Part shown: piece by piece, positions 1 to 12,000 of the stretch
Layout of the letters: each line of letters opens with the position of its first letter
How positions within the stretch are numbered: position 1 is the first letter of the stretch
Source of the DNA: Priapulus caudatus
Taxonomy: Eukaryota
NCBI RefSeq assembly: GCF_000485595.1
Contig: NW_014577080.1
Coordinates: 935,474 to 984,946, forward strand
DNA: 49,473 nucleotides
Direction: 5' to 3'
The notes under the pieces: generated by a model
Told to the model about the DNA's origin: nothing
What the model saw: the letters and a program-made list of their open reading frames with translations, nothing else
The model's database searches: none
Made by a program: the position numbers and the translations under genes

Positions 1-62
<62 letters not shown>

Positions 63-73
63 CACAACACAAC

Positions 74-149
<76 letters not shown>

Positions 150-197
150 ACACACGCACGCACGCACGCACACACACGCACACACACAACACACACA
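1..197. repeat. (CA)n microsatellite
   Basis: Directly visible dinucleotide run. Confidence 0.98.
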
Positions 198-1223
198 CGT
201 TGCATGCATGCCTTTACGGCCCGGATTCAACGTATTCTGAAGTAGGCTTACGATGCACTGGAACGAAAATATAAACTATATTATTTTTCATAATTATGTA
301 CTGATAGTATATACAATTTTGTAAACAATGTTTTATTAGTTATCATAGGCATACTCATAATATATATTTTAGATACTTTAGTCAAAACATCAGCTTTAGC
401 TACATTCCTCTTTGAAATTTACAAATTGACCTTTTAAAATGATCAGAATTGATTGCTTTCAACATAGCCTGAAAATGCAGGAAATGCCATTTCCAGGCTC
501 TAAATTTCAAAATTTTTGTGGGGGAGTAGGCGCCTACCCCCAGACCTCACGCATCGGCTTCACGATCGCGGCGTTAGCCATGCGTGCCTGCGGCACACAC
601 CATAACCACCACTCTGGGTATTATCACTGGGTGATCCTACATTTTTCTGCAGTAGCACATTTTGGGAGGCCACTACGGCCCAAACTGCATGCAGCGCTCC
701 CCTTCGCACACTCAGGATACAGCACAGATCCCTCCTTTTAGGCCCCCCTTTGCAGAAGCCGGCCGGCACAGAAGAAGACCCCCTTCGCTACACTCAGGCT
801 CGTAGATTGAGCCAATGAGCGAGAGCGCCATCTGTCGTGGACTTTGACTACGGCCCTGCACATAACACAACCACTGATCTCTATAATATAATCGATTATA
901 TTATAGAGATCAGTGAACACAACACATACTGTTACTGCATACATAATTATTATGCTTAGTTATCAATACGGTACGCTCCGATACATTTCCATAGTTTCTT
1001 AGACCGGGCGCTAGATGGCGTTAGTATTTTTTTTATTGAGACGTTCTACCAGAGGTTCTACTCCGTTGCCTAAAAGATAAAAGATAAAAAAGGTTGTGTT
1101 ATGTTGTTATAAGTTTGTTAATAAGTTATTAACGACGTTATTATAAGTTAAAGAGTTATTAATAAGTATAGTGGGATTCGTAAATAAGTTAATACTACTA
1201 GTACTACTACTAGTACTACTAGT

Positions 1224-1849
1224 GCAGAGGCGGTCGTTGTCGTATCAGGTACTACAGATATGTTTAGTATTAATTATTAACTATTAGTATTAGTATTAAT
1301 TATTATGTTTATATTTTTATATGACTATGAGTATGAGGTATGTTTAGAGTTAGGGTTAGGGTTAAGGTTAGGGTTAGTGTTAACAGGGTTACAGGGTACA
1401 GGGTGTTAGGGTTAGGGTACACTTCTGTAGTACAAGTCTGGTACACTTTGTGTATACATATATGTATGAAAACTATGAACCATGGGAAACACTCCCGACC
1501 CTTAGTACACGCTAAATCCGCTTGGAACGCTCCGAGAGTGCCATGGTTTGCGTCAACTTTGAGTCGGACAGTGTGCGGTGGCCTCCCGATCGATCAGGAG
1601 TGGGTCGTATAGTGTGCAGGGGCTTAGTGCTGTGCACAGTGCAAAATCGGATAGTGTGCTGCTAGCATAACGATACTCCCGCTTCCCGGTATTGCTTGAG
1701 CTTGTCCTCAGCTCTTGTGACCTGCTGCCACCTAGTGTCAGAATCAAACAATAATCGCTCAACTTAACTATAAATATTACAGATTCTATATCTACGATAC
1801 TACAGGTACATATATCTGTAGTACCTGATATGACAACGACCCCTTGAGC
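1224..1849. mobile_element. MITE with internal TTAGGG repeats (MULE-like, same family as 13308-13638) plus a ~330-bp extra insert
   Basis: TIRs GCAGAGGCGGTCGTTGTCGTATCAGGTACTACAGATAT / ATATCTGTAGTACCTGATATGACAACGACCCCTTGAGC. The internal part matches 13308-13638 in reverse orientation. Flanks are ACTACTAGT / ACTA(TATA)CTAGT. Confidence 0.8.
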
Positions 1850-2368
1850 ACTATATACTAGTGTCAATAGTGTCGCCTATGAATATAAGTTATAACCGTC
1901 GAAAATACCAAAGGTAAATGAAAGACTGAGACTGAAAGACTGAAAGTGCACGTATAAATTAACAAAACAAACACAATCACAATGGTTATAAAATTAACAA
2001 ACAAAGAAAGGATAGAGAAAGATATATTATTAGGCAACCAAGTAATAAAAAAATGCACCAAATATTCATATCTAGAGGATTTCATTAATGATAAAGGAGG
2101 TTTTAAGGACATGATAAGAGCCCGAACTGAAAAATGCATGTTCATGATGAGGGAAATATTATCGGGGACAGAAGAGCAAAATTATGGAAATCATACCTAT
2201 ACTATAGAATAATAGAAGCAAGAGTGAAATTATATGAATGCACAGTTTTACATTCCTTCCTAAATAATAGTGAAACATGTACTAACTTAACGAAGGAAGA
2301 AGTTAAAATGTTGGAGGATTTCCAAAATGAGTGCCTGCGCAAAATAATAAAAGCTTATAGTAAAACAC

Positions 2369-2807
2369 TAGCTCCAAGAAACGGTATTGCTAGGGTTAGA
2401 ATACCGTCATATATGTATATTGACCTGTATACCTGCATACCTGTATATTAACGTCAGTCACACAGCCTGGTCGGGTTAAGTAAAACACCACTGGAAGCAC
2501 TAGTAAGGCTCATAGGGTCTATATATATGTCCCCCAGGGTACTGCCGGAACGTACCGTCGTCACTATTTGATATGGTTAGGATTAGGGTTAGAGTTAGGG
2601 TTAGGGAGTAGGCGTAGGCGTCTGCCTAGACTCGTTAGTGGAGTAGGCGAGGTACGGTCCGGCATATTAGATAGTACCATGGTACGTTCCGGCAGTACCC
2701 CGGGGGACATAGACCCTCTCAGCACTAGTAAGGATAACCCGACCAGGCTGTGTGACTAACGTCAATATACGGTATTCTAACCCTAGCAATACCGTTTCTT
2801 GGAGCTA
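2369..2807. mobile_element. MITE with long TIRs (TAGCTCCAAGAAACGGTATTGCTAGGGTTAGAATACCGT...)
   Basis: 39-bp perfect terminal inverted repeat, extended by an inverted ..GTCACACAGCCTGGTCGGGTTA segment. A solo TIR copy is at ~6360-6400. Confidence 0.85.
2508..2723. mobile_element. Nested MITE with 9-bp TSD and internal TTAGGG-like repeats (MULE-like)
   Basis: TSD ACTAGTAAG at 2499-2507 and 2724-2732. TIRs GCTCATAGGGTCTAT..GTCCCCCAGGGTACTGCCGGAACGTACC and their inverse. Confidence 0.85.
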
Positions 2808-3230
2808 TAGTAAGGGTAGAGTTAGGAATTTACCATGCTCATTATCTTATTAGACTGATTTCTAAATATTGATATTGTGTCCAATATTATTCTCCATTTT
2901 TCCCCAATGTTCCTATTGTGTCCGATTATTAGTAGTACTAGCTGGAACCCGCGCTAAGCGCGGGCTTAGTGACTGTGATGCATGTGGTACCGACTGTTCA
3001 ATACCCAGAGAGATAAGAGAATAGATTGACCTTGACATTGACATTTAACTTCATTATAAGAAGTCTACGCAAAGATACACAGCTCAGGACAATGATCACG
3101 CCGCTTGCTGCCCCCTTCCTGACGCAAGGATACACAGCGCGGAGCCAGCTCGGCTCAGTCAGGGAAGCTCACTGCTCGCGCACGCACGCACGTGTAAGTT
3201 CGCACGCACGCATGCACGCACATGTACGTC

Positions 3231-3262
<32 letters not shown>

Positions 3263-4139
3263 GCACGCACGTGTACGTGCACTACATAAACAGCGCTTTC
3301 TATCAGAACATGTGGTCATTCATCTGTAAATGTCAAGCAGCACGCTTTGCTTCTGCCAACCACAACACATAACAAATACACGTTACCTGATCTATGACGT
3401 CACGTGAAACATCGCTATTAGGCTTGCGCTATGGTGTGTGCATATGTTTGCTAGTGAATTAGACCCGCTAAAATTCGAGACTGTTCGCTGGCAGCAATTG
3501 ATCCGTGCGCCGGCCTTTCGATTTGGCGCACGGATCAGAAGCTGCCAGCGCGTGATACTTTCGTAGGACGTTCCCGCGGTCGCGTGCACCTTGCCACGGA
3601 ACTGCGCGCAAGATTCGCGCTTAGCGGGCAGGATCAACACCTCTCAGGCGACGCTTCTCTGGTATCCGGTCTCTCATCTGGGTCTTGTGCGTAGGCATGC
3701 AGACTCGGCGACGCATGCACTGTATACACATCAGGGGGTAGATTCATCAAGCTGCGAACGCAAAATATTTTGCGTAAATCTTGTGTACGCAATCGACGTT
3801 GCTTAGTTGCGATTCACCAACACAGCCATTTAGTAAATTTTCGTACGATTTCGTGTACGCAAGCGAGGCCGTTTTAGGTGCGATTCATCAAGCTAAAATT
3901 TACGTAAACCTTTGCGTAACTTTACACGAGCTGAAGAGGTGCCGTAAACCACTCGAAATTTCCGCAGATGTTTTCAGCATACCGCAGCATGCATTATTTT
4001 ATTGAGAAAACATTATAAAATTACTACTCAACTAAAAATAAATAAATAATTACCATACTACGCAGACAGGCGGCGCCTTTGACGCTTCTTTTGTCATAGC
4101 TTGGCATTGTTTTCGTTATAAGCGAGTTCGTAGTTAGCC

Positions 4140-4465
4140 GTGTACGTGCACACGCACGCACGTGTACGTGCACACGCACGCACTTGTACGTGCACACGCA
4201 CGAACGTGTACGTGCACACGCACGCACGCACACGTGCACAAGCACGCACCCACGTGTACGTACGCACGCGCGCCCGTGTACGTACACACGCACGCACGCA
4301 CGTGTACGTTCACACGCACGCACGCACGCACGTGTACGTGCACACACACGCACGCACGCACGTGTACGTGCACACACACGCACGCACACGTGCACATGCA
4401 CACACGTACGCACGCACGTGTACGTGCACACGCACGCACGCACGTGTACGTACACACGCACGCAC
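4140..4465. repeat. Minisatellite of CACGTGTACGTGCACACGCACGCA-type units
   Basis: Directly visible. A related shorter tract is at 3177-3282. Confidence 0.9.
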
Positions 4466-4486
4466 GATCATTATTGGGCTTACATG

Positions 4487-4610
4487 CAGCACAACGTTGA
4501 CAGACGGCGAAATATTACAGCACAACGTTGACAGACGGCGAAATATTACAGCACAACGTTGACAGACGGCGAAATATTACAGCACAACGTTCACAGACGG
4601 CGAAATATTA
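4487..4610. repeat. 31-bp tandem repeat x4 (CAGCACAACGTTGACAGACGGCGAAATATTA)
   Basis: Four contiguous near-identical units with no spacers. Confidence 0.95.
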
Positions 4611-5922
4611 GCAAGGCAAAGATATAGCGCCCCCTATTTTCAGGCAAATCTTTACCTTTTTTTGGTTGTCTTTTTTAAGCCTTTTTTACCGTTTTCAACC
4701 GAGTATAGTTTAGAACCCATCCCGTGTATTCATCGATCTCTTCTGTGAATTTGGCGCTATTTTGATCAAAACTGGCGGAGCCTTTCATTAACATACATAC
4801 ATACATACAACATTCGCCAAATTATAGTAAGATGAATTAGTAGGACGATTTTACCCAGCGCAGCGGGTACCCGCAGCTAGTAACTGATAAAATAGAATAC
4901 AAAAAACTCATGCTACGGTACTACAATACATAGTTAAGCTAGATAACAATAGTAGGAGAGTACAACCCTAGATAAGAGAGTATTTATACAGCAGATCAAA
5001 GAGGAAGGAAGAAATTGGGGAAATGAAATTTTAATAATTCTAGAGTGGTACGAACTGGAAATATCATTTACAGCCATAGGATTAAAACCAAAAAGAACCT
5101 GAAAAAAACAAGTCAAAGATGCCATCTTAAAAAGAGTAATTAAAAGAGACAAATTGAAAACTAGAGATAAAACAAAAATGAACATGATAAACATTGAAAC
5201 ATACGGATTGAAAGATTATATGAAAGAATTATCATTTGCTGATTCGTGTTTTGCATTTAAATGTAAAACTTGCAGGATTGATCTCAAAGGCTACTTTAAA
5301 AATAACTTTAGTGACGACATGTGTAATAGATGTAATAAGAATATGAAAGAAGACATGGAACATTTATATAAATGTGATATAGCTATAATAAATATAAGGA
5401 TCGAGGGACAACAAATAGAAAGCTGGAGAGGGGACAACCACGGGTTATTGAAACCAGCGTTAGATTATGTGCGGAAAATTCTGGTGATTCGAAACACTAA
5501 CATTTAGAGAATTAGAGGCGTCATTAATCTCTTTTTTCTCTAGACGATTGGCAGCCCGGATATCCGCGCGAAGCGCGAAAAACGTTGCGTTGTGGCAGAC
5601 TTACACAACTTCGCTGCACTCTTTCCAACACCTTGCCCAGGTCCCTTTGGGTATACACCAAAGTCGTATAATCGCTCAATTCAGCAGTTGTGGCGATTCC
5701 ACAAGCCTTTTGACTACGCACGTAGCTAGACATTTCCTACAAATGGTCGTAATTGTTGGTTTGCTGCTCGGCGCGCTTCGTTTTCCTGTAGAAAAGCGAG
5801 TTAGCATTTTTGCTGTTTCATGCTCTGACATTTTTCTGGAACATGTGGCGTGCGATAGATGGCACAACGAGGCTATGTTCATGGCATTTCCACCTAGTTT
5901 TTCTGCACGGATTTGGCGGCTA

Positions 5923-6022
5923 AGCTAGACTGGTACCCGCTCAACAGTTCCACACGCTACACTAACTGAGTTCATTGTAGCCAAGGATACTTGGTGGAGT
6001 GAAGGTGGGTACCAGTCTAGCT
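5923..6022. mobile_element. 100-bp palindromic mini-element (MITE-like)
   Basis: AGCTAGACTGGTACCC ... GGGTACCAGTCTAGCT perfect 16-bp inverted termini. Confidence 0.65.
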
Positions 6023-6727
6023 GTAACCCCTGCAATCGGGACTTGCGCTTAAACTTGCTGTATCCATCTTGGGAGACCAATGTGATGTTCTCATGTTATC
6101 CGATTAATACTTCTATTACTACAAGTACATGTTACAATAAGTACTAGTAAGTACTACTACTAGTTACTACCAGGAGCTAATAATGACAAACTGTGTTACT
6201 AGTAAGTTACTAATAATTACGACTCCTGTTACTACTAGTAGTACTACTACTAGTACTACTAGACTACTAGTACTACTACTACTATAGTTACTACTATAGT
6301 ACTAGAGCTACTACTACTAGTACTAATACTATATAGTATAGTACTACTACTACTACTACTAGCTCCAAGAAACGCTCTTTGCTAGGGTTAGAATACCCCT
6401 ATACTAGACAAAGGCATTAAAGCATTTTAATAAAATATAATGCTAACTAAATACAAAATCTATTTACTACCAAATTCTTCATGTTTCTATAGGCCTACTC
6501 TCTTTCACCTATTATTGCCGACAGTTTCCTGTAAATTCCGTCGAAATCCTACGTCCAACATACGCTGCCGGCTGCCATTGCTGTCATGGCGCGACTGTTG
6601 CATGCTTACACTAATATATATAGCAGGTAGGAAAGCGTGCTGCAAAAATTCGCTCGACGCTCGCTTGATTTGACACTCACAGTACGAATACACATCCAAC
6701 AGCTTCCATCTTTGTTTCTCCTTCAAC

Positions 6728-7217
6728 AACAGTGTTCACTTGTTATAAAAACAATGTCTCTGTTCGTAACCGAGCTGTACGTGTCACGCGAAATCACAGA
6801 AAGACTGACGAAATTCTCGCGTTCGCGAACCTTGCCCAATAATGGAAATGGCTGTCAGAATCAGGAAACGCCTACCGGCACTCTTCGTGACCTCATTGTT
6901 GCGCTGCAACGCTGCAACGTTTTTGCAACGTTCTAATGGCGAGGCTCGTACGGGAGTTGGAAAGCAGTGCGCCGCCTGCGCGCCGCCTATAGCGCATAGA
7001 CTGCCACTCGCTCCCACTTCTCGGCTTAGCTTAGTCACTCGATGGGTAATCGAGGTGGGAGCGAGTCGCAGTATATATAGCCTTTGTCCTTGCAGCCATT
7101 TCCATTACTGGGTAAGGTTCGTGAACGCGAGAATTTCGTCAGTCTTTCTGTGATTTCACGTGACACAGCTCGGTTACGAACAGAGACATTATGTTTTTAT
7201 AACAAATGAACACTGTT
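6728..7217. mobile_element. MITE with ~130-bp imperfect TIRs
   Basis: AACAGTGTTCACTTGTTATAAAAACA..GGAAATGGCTG is mirrored at ~7093-7217. Confidence 0.85.
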
Positions 7218-7618
7218 CACGTCTCAAATGTCTGCCCTCTGTGTCCCCCACTAAAATTGCGGACTGTTTGCTGGCAGCTATGGATCCGTACGCCGGCCTA
7301 TGCATTCGGCGCACGGATCCATAGCTGTCACCGCTGCATACTGTCGTAGGACGTTCCCGCGGTCGCGTGCGCCTTGCCGCGGAACTGCGCGCAAGATCTG
7401 CGCTCTGCGCTTCGGATCAACACCTCCTTTCGGCAACGCTTCTCTAGTATCCCGTCTCATCTGGATAATCCCCGCACCTCGTTGAATCGAGTGCCTTGTG
7501 AAATACAAGAGAGGGTGCCAAGATACAAGATACAAGATACTCCTAGTCATGTTTCCGACTAGTTTACTGTGTGTTCTACAATACACTATAGTGCTCAATC
7601 GTTTATTATAGACACAAA

Positions 7619-7626
7619 CACGTGAC
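7619..7626 (+). promoter_or_regulatory. CLEAR-like E-box (CACGTGAC) upstream of the lysosomal cathepsin A gene
   Basis: Matches the core of the TFEB/MITF CLEAR consensus GTCACGTGAC. A second TCACGTGAC is at 7156-7164. Function is inferred only. Confidence 0.35.
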
Positions 7627-7765
7627 AAAGGAAATAGTTAGGAAATATCAACGTCAGGGCAGGGACCAAAATATATCGTAATTACTATTTAGGGTTAGCC
7701 AGTTCTGATCTAGACCGCAATCATTACTGATTAGCTAAGGCGATGATATATGGTAACTGTTGTGG

Positions 7766-8926
7766 CAGGGTGCGAAATTAACAGTCCGGAGTCAAATACT
7801 CCCTGATTTACTGTTGGACTCCCTGATTTGACATATATGCAGGAGTCCGTGTGACTCCCTGAAAATTCTGATACTAACTAGTTCGTTCCAGAGCATGGCC
7901 TCGCGGAATTACCGTAATTTTAGCTCACCTTGACATCGTCAAGCTGAGCTATGGCCATGGGTCGTCGTCCGCCGTCCGTCCGTCCGTCCGTCCGTCCGTC
8001 AACATTTGGCTACGGTCAACAATAACTCAGTTACTCTTGTTACTGCTATGCTCCCAAATTAAACGTCCTATTTTGGAGCATGCCAGTCGACGTACTTTCG
8101 AGCCACGGCAATTTTTTGGCAAAAATGGGAATTGTCATTAGTTGGTTCAGGTTCCACGGATTTTGCTCATTTTTGATATGTGAATGAATAAGGGATAGGG
8201 GTTTTGATATTTAAAAAAAAATTATGCAAATTAGGTAGGGTTTGGCAATTATATAGCATATTATATAGACACGCAGATAACAAACAGTCTGTGGTGTCAC
8301 ACTCGTCTGGTTCGTTTTACAAGATTTCATTGACAATATCTTTAATGCAAAATTCCTGCTATGAACATATTATGATTTATACTATTATTATTATATTATT
8401 ATTATTATCATATAATGATTTATGCTAAGAAACATCAAAGCGGGTATAGTGCCATCTACCTTCACAAATTGTGATTTATTTTGGTTTATAAATTATTTAT
8501 AATTTATATATTATACAATATTATTTATTATTTTTACATAAAAAATTACACATATAATTATCAAGAGTATATAATGGGAGTTCTCCCATATATAATATAT
8601 TCTTCGTTTCTATAATGTACGTCGATGGTTGCTCAATTAAAACGGACTTCGTCTCACTCACTCATTTGTGTCCTTTTTTGTGGTGAGCTACAGTGTCATT
8701 GACACTTTCATTTCAGCTAATGTCCAAAGAAAATTTGGCAGACATGCAACCGCATGAATCTTAAAAATAAGCACATGCGTTATTGTTAATATTTTAAATT
8801 TTGAACCTCAGACTGCGGACTCCCTCATTTTGCTGCGGACTCCCTCATTTTGCTGCGGACTCCCTCTTTTTGAGGTTAGGGAGTCTGTTGGTTCGTTGGT
8901 TCGTCGGTAGTTAATTTCTACCCCTG
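7766..8926. mobile_element. Non-autonomous hAT-like DNA transposon, containing a HINE/DINE-like fragment (~7918-8010)
   Basis: Termini CAGGGTGCGAAATTAAC / GTTAATTTCTACCCCTG with clustered subterminal GACTCCCT repeats at both ends. Nested TTTTAGCTCACC..TGAGCT..(GTCC)n. No clean TSD. Confidence 0.65.
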
Positions 8927-9059
8927 TTGTAGTATTGAGGATGATTGTGAAAATGAGGGCCGTGAAGGAAATTGAGACCTCGGGCGGGCAGTGTATATAA
9001 CTATAATTGATTTTACTACTTACAGGAATGATATATGCTGCATCATCTACTCTGTGATA

Positions 9060-12000
9060 ATGAAGTGCTGCCACCAGGTAGTTGCCCAGGTAGCTTGCCT
9101 TGTTTTAGGCTGTGTCATGTTAACGGCTACAGCCACGAAAGAAAATCCAGATGAAGTGACTCGATTACCCGGTCTTCCATATAAGCTGAATTTCAGACAT
9201 TATTCTGGATATTTAAAAGCGTCTGGAACAAAGAGATTACACTATTGGTAAGGCAGCATTCATGTTATTGGTAGTGTATTCGGATATATAAATATGTGCC
9301 CGAACCGCCAGTATTCAAGCCTGAAATTGGGAGGACCACACTATATGGGTCACATAATCATGTAGTAGTAGCTGCAGCACAATACACATCCAGCTAGTGA
9401 CTAACCGTTTTCCGTGACTTCTGAAGTACATTCGTCCATCACCCAATCAAAATGCTAGAACTAGTATCTTCTATAAACATAACAGCTTACAGGAAGTGCA
9501 TTCAACAGAGAAATATATCCATCTTCTGCATGCTCTGTTGTTTAATTGGTGAAGCCAAATGCAAAAGCGTTTACATCATGTGCTGCTAATGTAATTACGA
9601 AGTCTATCGTCAACTGTATTGCTGCTATAATAGCTCCTTCACCTGTCTGGGTGTGTAGTGTTCTTGGAATTCGCTGCACAGGTTTGTCGAGTCGCAGGAC
9701 AATCCTCAGCACGACCCCCTGCTGCTGTGGATGAACGGTGGCCCTGGCTGCAGCTCACTCGACGGCTTTCTGTCTGAGCTAGGTCCGTTCTACGTCAGAG
9801 ACAATGGCCGTGACCTCTATCTGAACACGTACAGTTGGAACACGGCAAGTCCGCCGCGCTGTCGCAGCTGCGTCCTAACAGGATGAACTCGGTCGAACGC
9901 TCGGTGAATCCGCCGAGAGAAAGTCGTGTCGAAAACTTGAGGTTTATGTTTCAAAGCGCGAGTTCCATTGTACTCTCTTGCAAGCTAGCGTACGCTGCCG
10001 AATTTGAATGCATCTTCCTGAAGTTTTATTACCATTCTAACCATTTGCCTTGTAGATTGCCAATGTCCTGTTTTTGGAAGCACCAGCAGGAGTAGGCTTC
10101 TCATATTCTGAGGATGGAAGATACGGCACTGACGATGACACTGTATGTAACAACAATATTAATGTCGCGATGAAGAATCACTTTAAATTAGTATGCCTAT
10201 CGCAGGGCTCCACACTAACTTTATTTTCAGTGGCAAAATCATTGATTTTCAAGTTTTGGTGGCCCGAAAATGAAATCTGGTGGCTCGGAAAAAAACATGA
10301 AGGGCGATGAAGAATCATTATGGGGGGTGATGAAGGGGGATGATGGGGGGGGGGGTGATGTATCGCGCGTAAGCTTACCTTTAAATCGCTCTTTCACAAG
10401 GCATGAAATTTAAAAAAAACTTTCGAACTTTCGAATGCTGGCAGTTTCGCTTCGGATCCGAAACGGTGCACGCGCACATGGATATATATGCATTATTTTT
10501 AGGGATGGGAATGACAATTTGTGTTTTCAGCTGAAAATAGCCGGGGTCCAGCGGGGGGGGGGGGTCAGGTCCAGGGCAAAGCCTGGTCAGGGGGTTCAGG
10601 AAGTTTTTGAATTTTCACAACCTACAAGGCATAAAATTGCATTAGGAGACACATACAGAACAGAATTGTTACAGAGCATATTACAGTACACTGCAGGGAG
10701 TATATCTTGCACTGTCATTATCATAACACTAGAATTATTAATAATCAATACAAAAATTTACTTACATTCTGCAAACAAAATTATTTTAATGTACACTTCC
10801 ACACTGTCCCAAAGGCTAACCTTTATATAATATAAGATTTTCATTGTCCAGGCAGTTTCAAATTTGTTTCTGGTCACTACAGTAGATATTTTATCATATT
10901 GAACAACTTTAGCGGCTTGTCCTGCTGCCGAGGCAATTTAAGTCTGTGAGCCCCATGCACAGTGATCAGACATCAGGAAAGGAAATGCTTTATTTGCTAC
11001 GCCAAAGGTTGCCCAAAAATCCTCCCTTGCACGCCTGATATAATATTCCTAACACCCTAGGAGGTAGGGCGCGATCGTGCGACATTAATTTTTTTATCGT
11101 TTTCAAAGGTCACCGAAAAAGGCAGCTCGCGACACCACCTTTTATGGTTATGTATATATATATTATAAACAGAACTTCGTTGGCGAGAAGGGAAACAGTT
11201 CGTACCTACGTTTCCTACTACGTGAAACAGTCGCAGAGCCTGGGCCGGCTACTTCATAAAACGAGCCTCAAGGCCACGTGTGACGCGGCGGCTTTTGATG
11301 TACACGATCGATCAATCGCGTACTATATTCGGCCTGCGTAGCACGCGCGGCATACATTTGATCAGGCTCGCTCTGCGAATTGCTTGCTCTCTTTTGAATG
11401 AGATTAGCACGTAAGAAACAATTATTTTTATCACATAGACACTTTGAAATTTTAGTGGCCTGATCGGGCCACCAAATTTTAACTTTTTGAAATTTTGGTG
11501 GCCCAACATCAAGTTTTGGTGGCCCCGGGCCACCGGGCCACCGCTAGTGTCGAGCCTTGCCTATCGTTATCATCACTTATATTTTGTTTGTTTTATTGTA
11601 TGGAGAACATGCATGGATTTCACTAATTACAATGCATATATGTACGTAGGGGTGCGTATGTGTTATTTTTTATATGTGTGCATAAGAGATTCATGCACTC
11701 ACACAAATGCATGCATGCACGCATAAATGCCATGTACATGCATACATACATTCATGCCTACATAATACATGCCTACTATGCTCCAAACAGGTCTCTATGG
11801 ATAATTATCTTGCCCTACAAGATTTCTTCAGCAAGTATCCACAATTTCTCGCCAATGATTTCTACGTAACGGGCGAGAGTTATGGCGGTATCTACGTACC
11901 AACGCTATCTCTGCGAGTTCTCAATGGCACCACACCCATCCGGTTAAAGGTATTCTCCTTCCCTGCATTGTCATTTACTCACTGTGTGGCTGGATTTACG

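Larger units (their letters stand above)
2938..4832 (-). mobile_element. Non-autonomous Helitron
   Basis: On the minus strand: A|TC 5' end at 4832, 3' GC hairpin CCCGCGC-TTA-GCGCGGG (2948-2964) just before CTAG|T at 2938. (ACAT)n near the 5' end, no TSD, internal minisatellites. Confidence 0.7.
1865..5520 (+). mobile_element. Decayed non-LTR retrotransposon (LINE) ORF2 C-terminal relic, split by nested insertions
   Basis: Frameshifted fragments KYSYLEDFINDKGGFKDMIRAR and KLYECTVLHSFLNNSETCTNLTKEEVKMLEDFQNECLRKI (RT thumb-like; 1982-2360), and a C-terminal CCHC-type knuckle CNRC..EDMEHLYKC (5154-5507). A-rich coding strand. Confidence 0.75.

Noticed and set aside
3461..3685. Hammerhead ribozyme or Sm-class snRNA in the duplicated structured element (minus strand CAGATGAG...GAAT, AATTTTAG)
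   Set aside because: The core is not CUGANGA/GAAA, the second copy lacks GAA, and there is no match to U1/U2/U4/U5 sequences I recognise.
4487..4610. Four 31-bp direct repeats resembling a CRISPR array
   Set aside because: Units are contiguous with no spacers, there are no cas genes, and the context is eukaryotic.
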